DNA of 63,296 nucleotides, the filler included, from Choristocarpus tenellus KU-1152 (Eukaryota; Protista; Phaeophyceae): assembly GCA_964200185.2 (NCBI GenBank). It is 9 parts of 9 records of this genome, joined end to end, with 100 filler letters (N's around TTAATTAATTAA, not from the genome) between each part and the next. Parts side by side here need not be neighbours in the genome. Positions count along the whole stretch, not along the records: positions 59,848 to 63,296 come from CAXNAD020019959.1; 8 more parts are not named here. One strand, given 5' to 3'. Both the position numbers and the translations under genes were made by a program. A model generated the notes under the pieces. The model did not search any database. It was given only the letters and a program-made list of their open reading frames with translations, and had not been told where the DNA came from. This document shows positions 60,960 to 63,296 of this stretch, piece by piece (within the stretch, counting starts at the first letter, position 1; every line of letters begins with the position of its first letter).

Positions 60960-62850
60960 GGGGAGGATCTCATGAGAGGGGGATCATCAGAATGTGAAGA
61001 TGTGATCCTACGAATGCTGCGTGTCGGCGGTGTTTCATAGAGGAGAGGCCTAACCTCCCCGCACTTGTGGCCATCTGTGCCTGCACTTGTTGGTGGGTCT
61101 CTAGGCAGAGCGTTCCATTGTCACACCCCCCCCTCAAAACCGTCCGTCGCCTCTGTCGAGTCTTCTACCTCTATTATGTTCTCTAGTGTCCATAACGAGG
61201 TGTTGTCTGCTTGCTCCATGGTGGAGTGTGCCAGGTGGGGGGGAGTGACCCTAGCAAGATAACCTAGGTGGGAGGACAGAGATCAGGAGTTGAGAAGTCA
61301 GGCCATCTGTTTGTCCTCCAATTCGCTGAGGTGTGTGGCCAAAGTTCGTGTCCCAGAGCTCCCGATCACCTCAGTCATATGGGCTTAGATAAAGCCATAT
61401 GTTCCCACAGGAGCCCCTAATGTGACAAAACCATTGGGGTTCTGAGTGAAAGTATCTTAGAGGGTACGAATTTTGCCCTGTTTGTCCGTTTGGGGCTTGG
61501 CTCCCCACTGTTTTTTTATGACATTTTCCTATTCCAAAAGTAGGTAAAATGTATACGTTATGACAATGCATGTACAGAACAAGAACATTGACACTTCCTA
61601 ACAAAAACGTAGCCAAAATTACATCAAAATCGCAACATTGGATTTTCACCCCCAAACGGACACAGCTCTATTATCTAAGATACTATGACTCTTCTGGGCT
61701 AGGTTGATTCCCGCTGCAGAGAGGAACTCCAGTTCTGAGGGCATGGGTTGGTGGCCCTAGGGAGGTGCAGCAAAGGTCTTGTCCATATTTAGGTCAATAC
61801 CTACCTCATGGAGGGCAGTTTTTAACTGCTCGAAAGCTGCTATGGTGATAGGGCCGATCTCCCTTTCTGATATGGATGTGTCGTCCAGCCAGGGGTAGCT
61901 TCGGGAGGAAATCCATTGGGGTCCAAAAACAGATTAGATCTGTTGAAGGGCCCTGTGTGTTGCCATGCAATTTAAGAAGGGATCCAGTGGGTCTCCCTGT
62001 TGTGCCCCTGATCTTGATGGCAGGATCTTCATCCCTCCCTCTTCCAGGGGGGAAGAAGATTGCGGGTGTCCCCATATACCTTAGAGACATAAGGCAGGAG
62101 TCCTGGTAGAATCTCTGGGAGGGCCTGGATGACAGCTGGGCGACGTACGCTGTTAGGAGCATTTCTTCTGTCCAAACTGAAGACCCATTCTCCACAATCA
62201 TTCCTTAGGCAAATATCTAGGAGTGCACGCCTTACTCCATTTGGGACCCCGACGTCAAATTGTCCAACTCCATCAAAGAATTCCTCCAGGTAGGGACGCC
62301 AGTCTGTACAGAAAGCTGAAGCACATACCCTTTTGAAGAAAGACCCGCAGGCAACTGGGCGACACTTCTCCCCAATTGCGGACAGTCTGAAGTTTGTGTG
62401 AAATGTCCCGAACTCTAGGGGTAAAGAGTCCGGGGAGGTGTAGGCTAGCTCCCATAGTTTTATAAAGGCCTCCGCCACTTCTTTGTGACCAAAATCTGTC
62501 GTGATGGCTGATCTGATGTGGCTGGGGCGCATCCCGCTAGGGCTTGGTGCCGAGTTGCTGTTAGCCCTTATGAAGGCGGTTCGAAGGGAGATGGGGGTGT
62601 ACTCCCCTTCCGGGGGGCAGCACCTTTGTTCCCCCGATTTTGCATTCCCTTGTACCCTGTCTTTTGCGTCTGTGATGGCCTGCCTTAAGCTCGTCCTGGT
62701 TCTCACTCGGGTGTTTGGGGGCCAGTACACGGAAAGTCTCGTTTGTGCTAGGAGCACACTCGTCCCCTTGGAAATTCCTCCATGGTGGTGACCCAGAACT
62801 GCGGCGCTTACAGTTTTCATAATCCCATGGTACCGTAAACTACTGTCCAA
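60960..62850 (-). mobile_element. CRE-like retrotransposon reverse-transcriptase region, decayed, split by a MITE B
   Basis: SAPSPSGMRPSHI, KCRPVACGSFFKR, QFDVGVPNGV, FSLDRRNAPNSVRR, LLPYVSKVYG (CRE/SLACS/Cnl1-type RT motifs RPIA.G..R, Q.GVG..G, D..NAFNS); downstream QAQMATSAGGLGL. Confidence 0.85.
61444..61691. mobile_element. MITE family B nested in the CRE-like element
   Basis: Both TIRs; flanks TTCT/TTCT. Confidence 0.9.
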
Positions 62851-62916
62851 TTACTGTGTACATATTATTGGAGTAAGCAATACTATAGTGGTATGATGAA
62901 GTAACTGATAGATTAG

Positions 62917-63296
62917 TGACACATCTGCAAAATGTCAGAGGGCGTAATAATAAAATTATAGATTAGTGGTTTCCACACTTACAATGTTTTGTAGAGGTCC
63001 ACATCCTGGCAGCTCATGACGCCAGGATCACAAGGAGGGCTCAGCACGAGATCACACGCCTCCTCAACAGGATCCGTTTCGACTCCTTCAGGACACAGCT
63101 AGCTGATCTTCCCAATGAGGCACACCAAGGGAGGGAAAGCTCTTCATTAGCCCTAGCGTGCCACCGGAGCCAGTGTGGACAAGGAGCAAACGCCTGGGCC
63201 TTGACGCAACCGCTGGAACCAGCATGCCAGATCTCCCCTCAGGAATTCAAGCTCACAGTCAGCAGATCCCTAGGGAGAGAGGAGGCCCTATCGAAC
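62917..63296 (+). mobile_element. CRE-like 3' tail (62917-62955) followed by an internal CRE-like fragment (62995-end)
   Basis: Hairpin + taataataaaa; then sequence matching the reverse complement of ~6570-6860. Confidence 0.75.

Overview
Eukaryotic, intron-rich draft sequence of nine contigs joined by artificial 100-bp linkers (44 N + TTAATTAATTAA + 44 N). GT-AG introns, an ASAFAP-like plastid-targeting leader, TTAGGG repeats and the transposon families point to a photosynthetic stramenopile, probably a brown alga or close relative (inference). Spliced genes I could reconstruct: CDC6 with a PWWP-like N-terminus, RRP43/EXOSC8, Pol III subunit RPC7/C31, a ubiquitin-like-domain/PI31 fusion, a TKL kinase, a C2-like protein, an O-GlcNAc transferase (GT41), a PfkB kinase and a divergent Fe-containing alcohol dehydrogenase; several are cut by gaps. 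The rest is mostly transposon debris: many pieces of one CRE-like RLE retrotransposon, RTE-like LINE remnants, a plant-type mariner pseudogene, a pogo/Tigger remnant and three MITE families. The most striking observation is a ~370-bp decayed bacterial lptF/lptG-like fragment, resembling Rickettsiaceae homologues, inside a host retrotransposon copy (1761-2133): a candidate symbiont-to-nucleus transfer. All protein and family calls are from motif recognition by eye; no database search was run.
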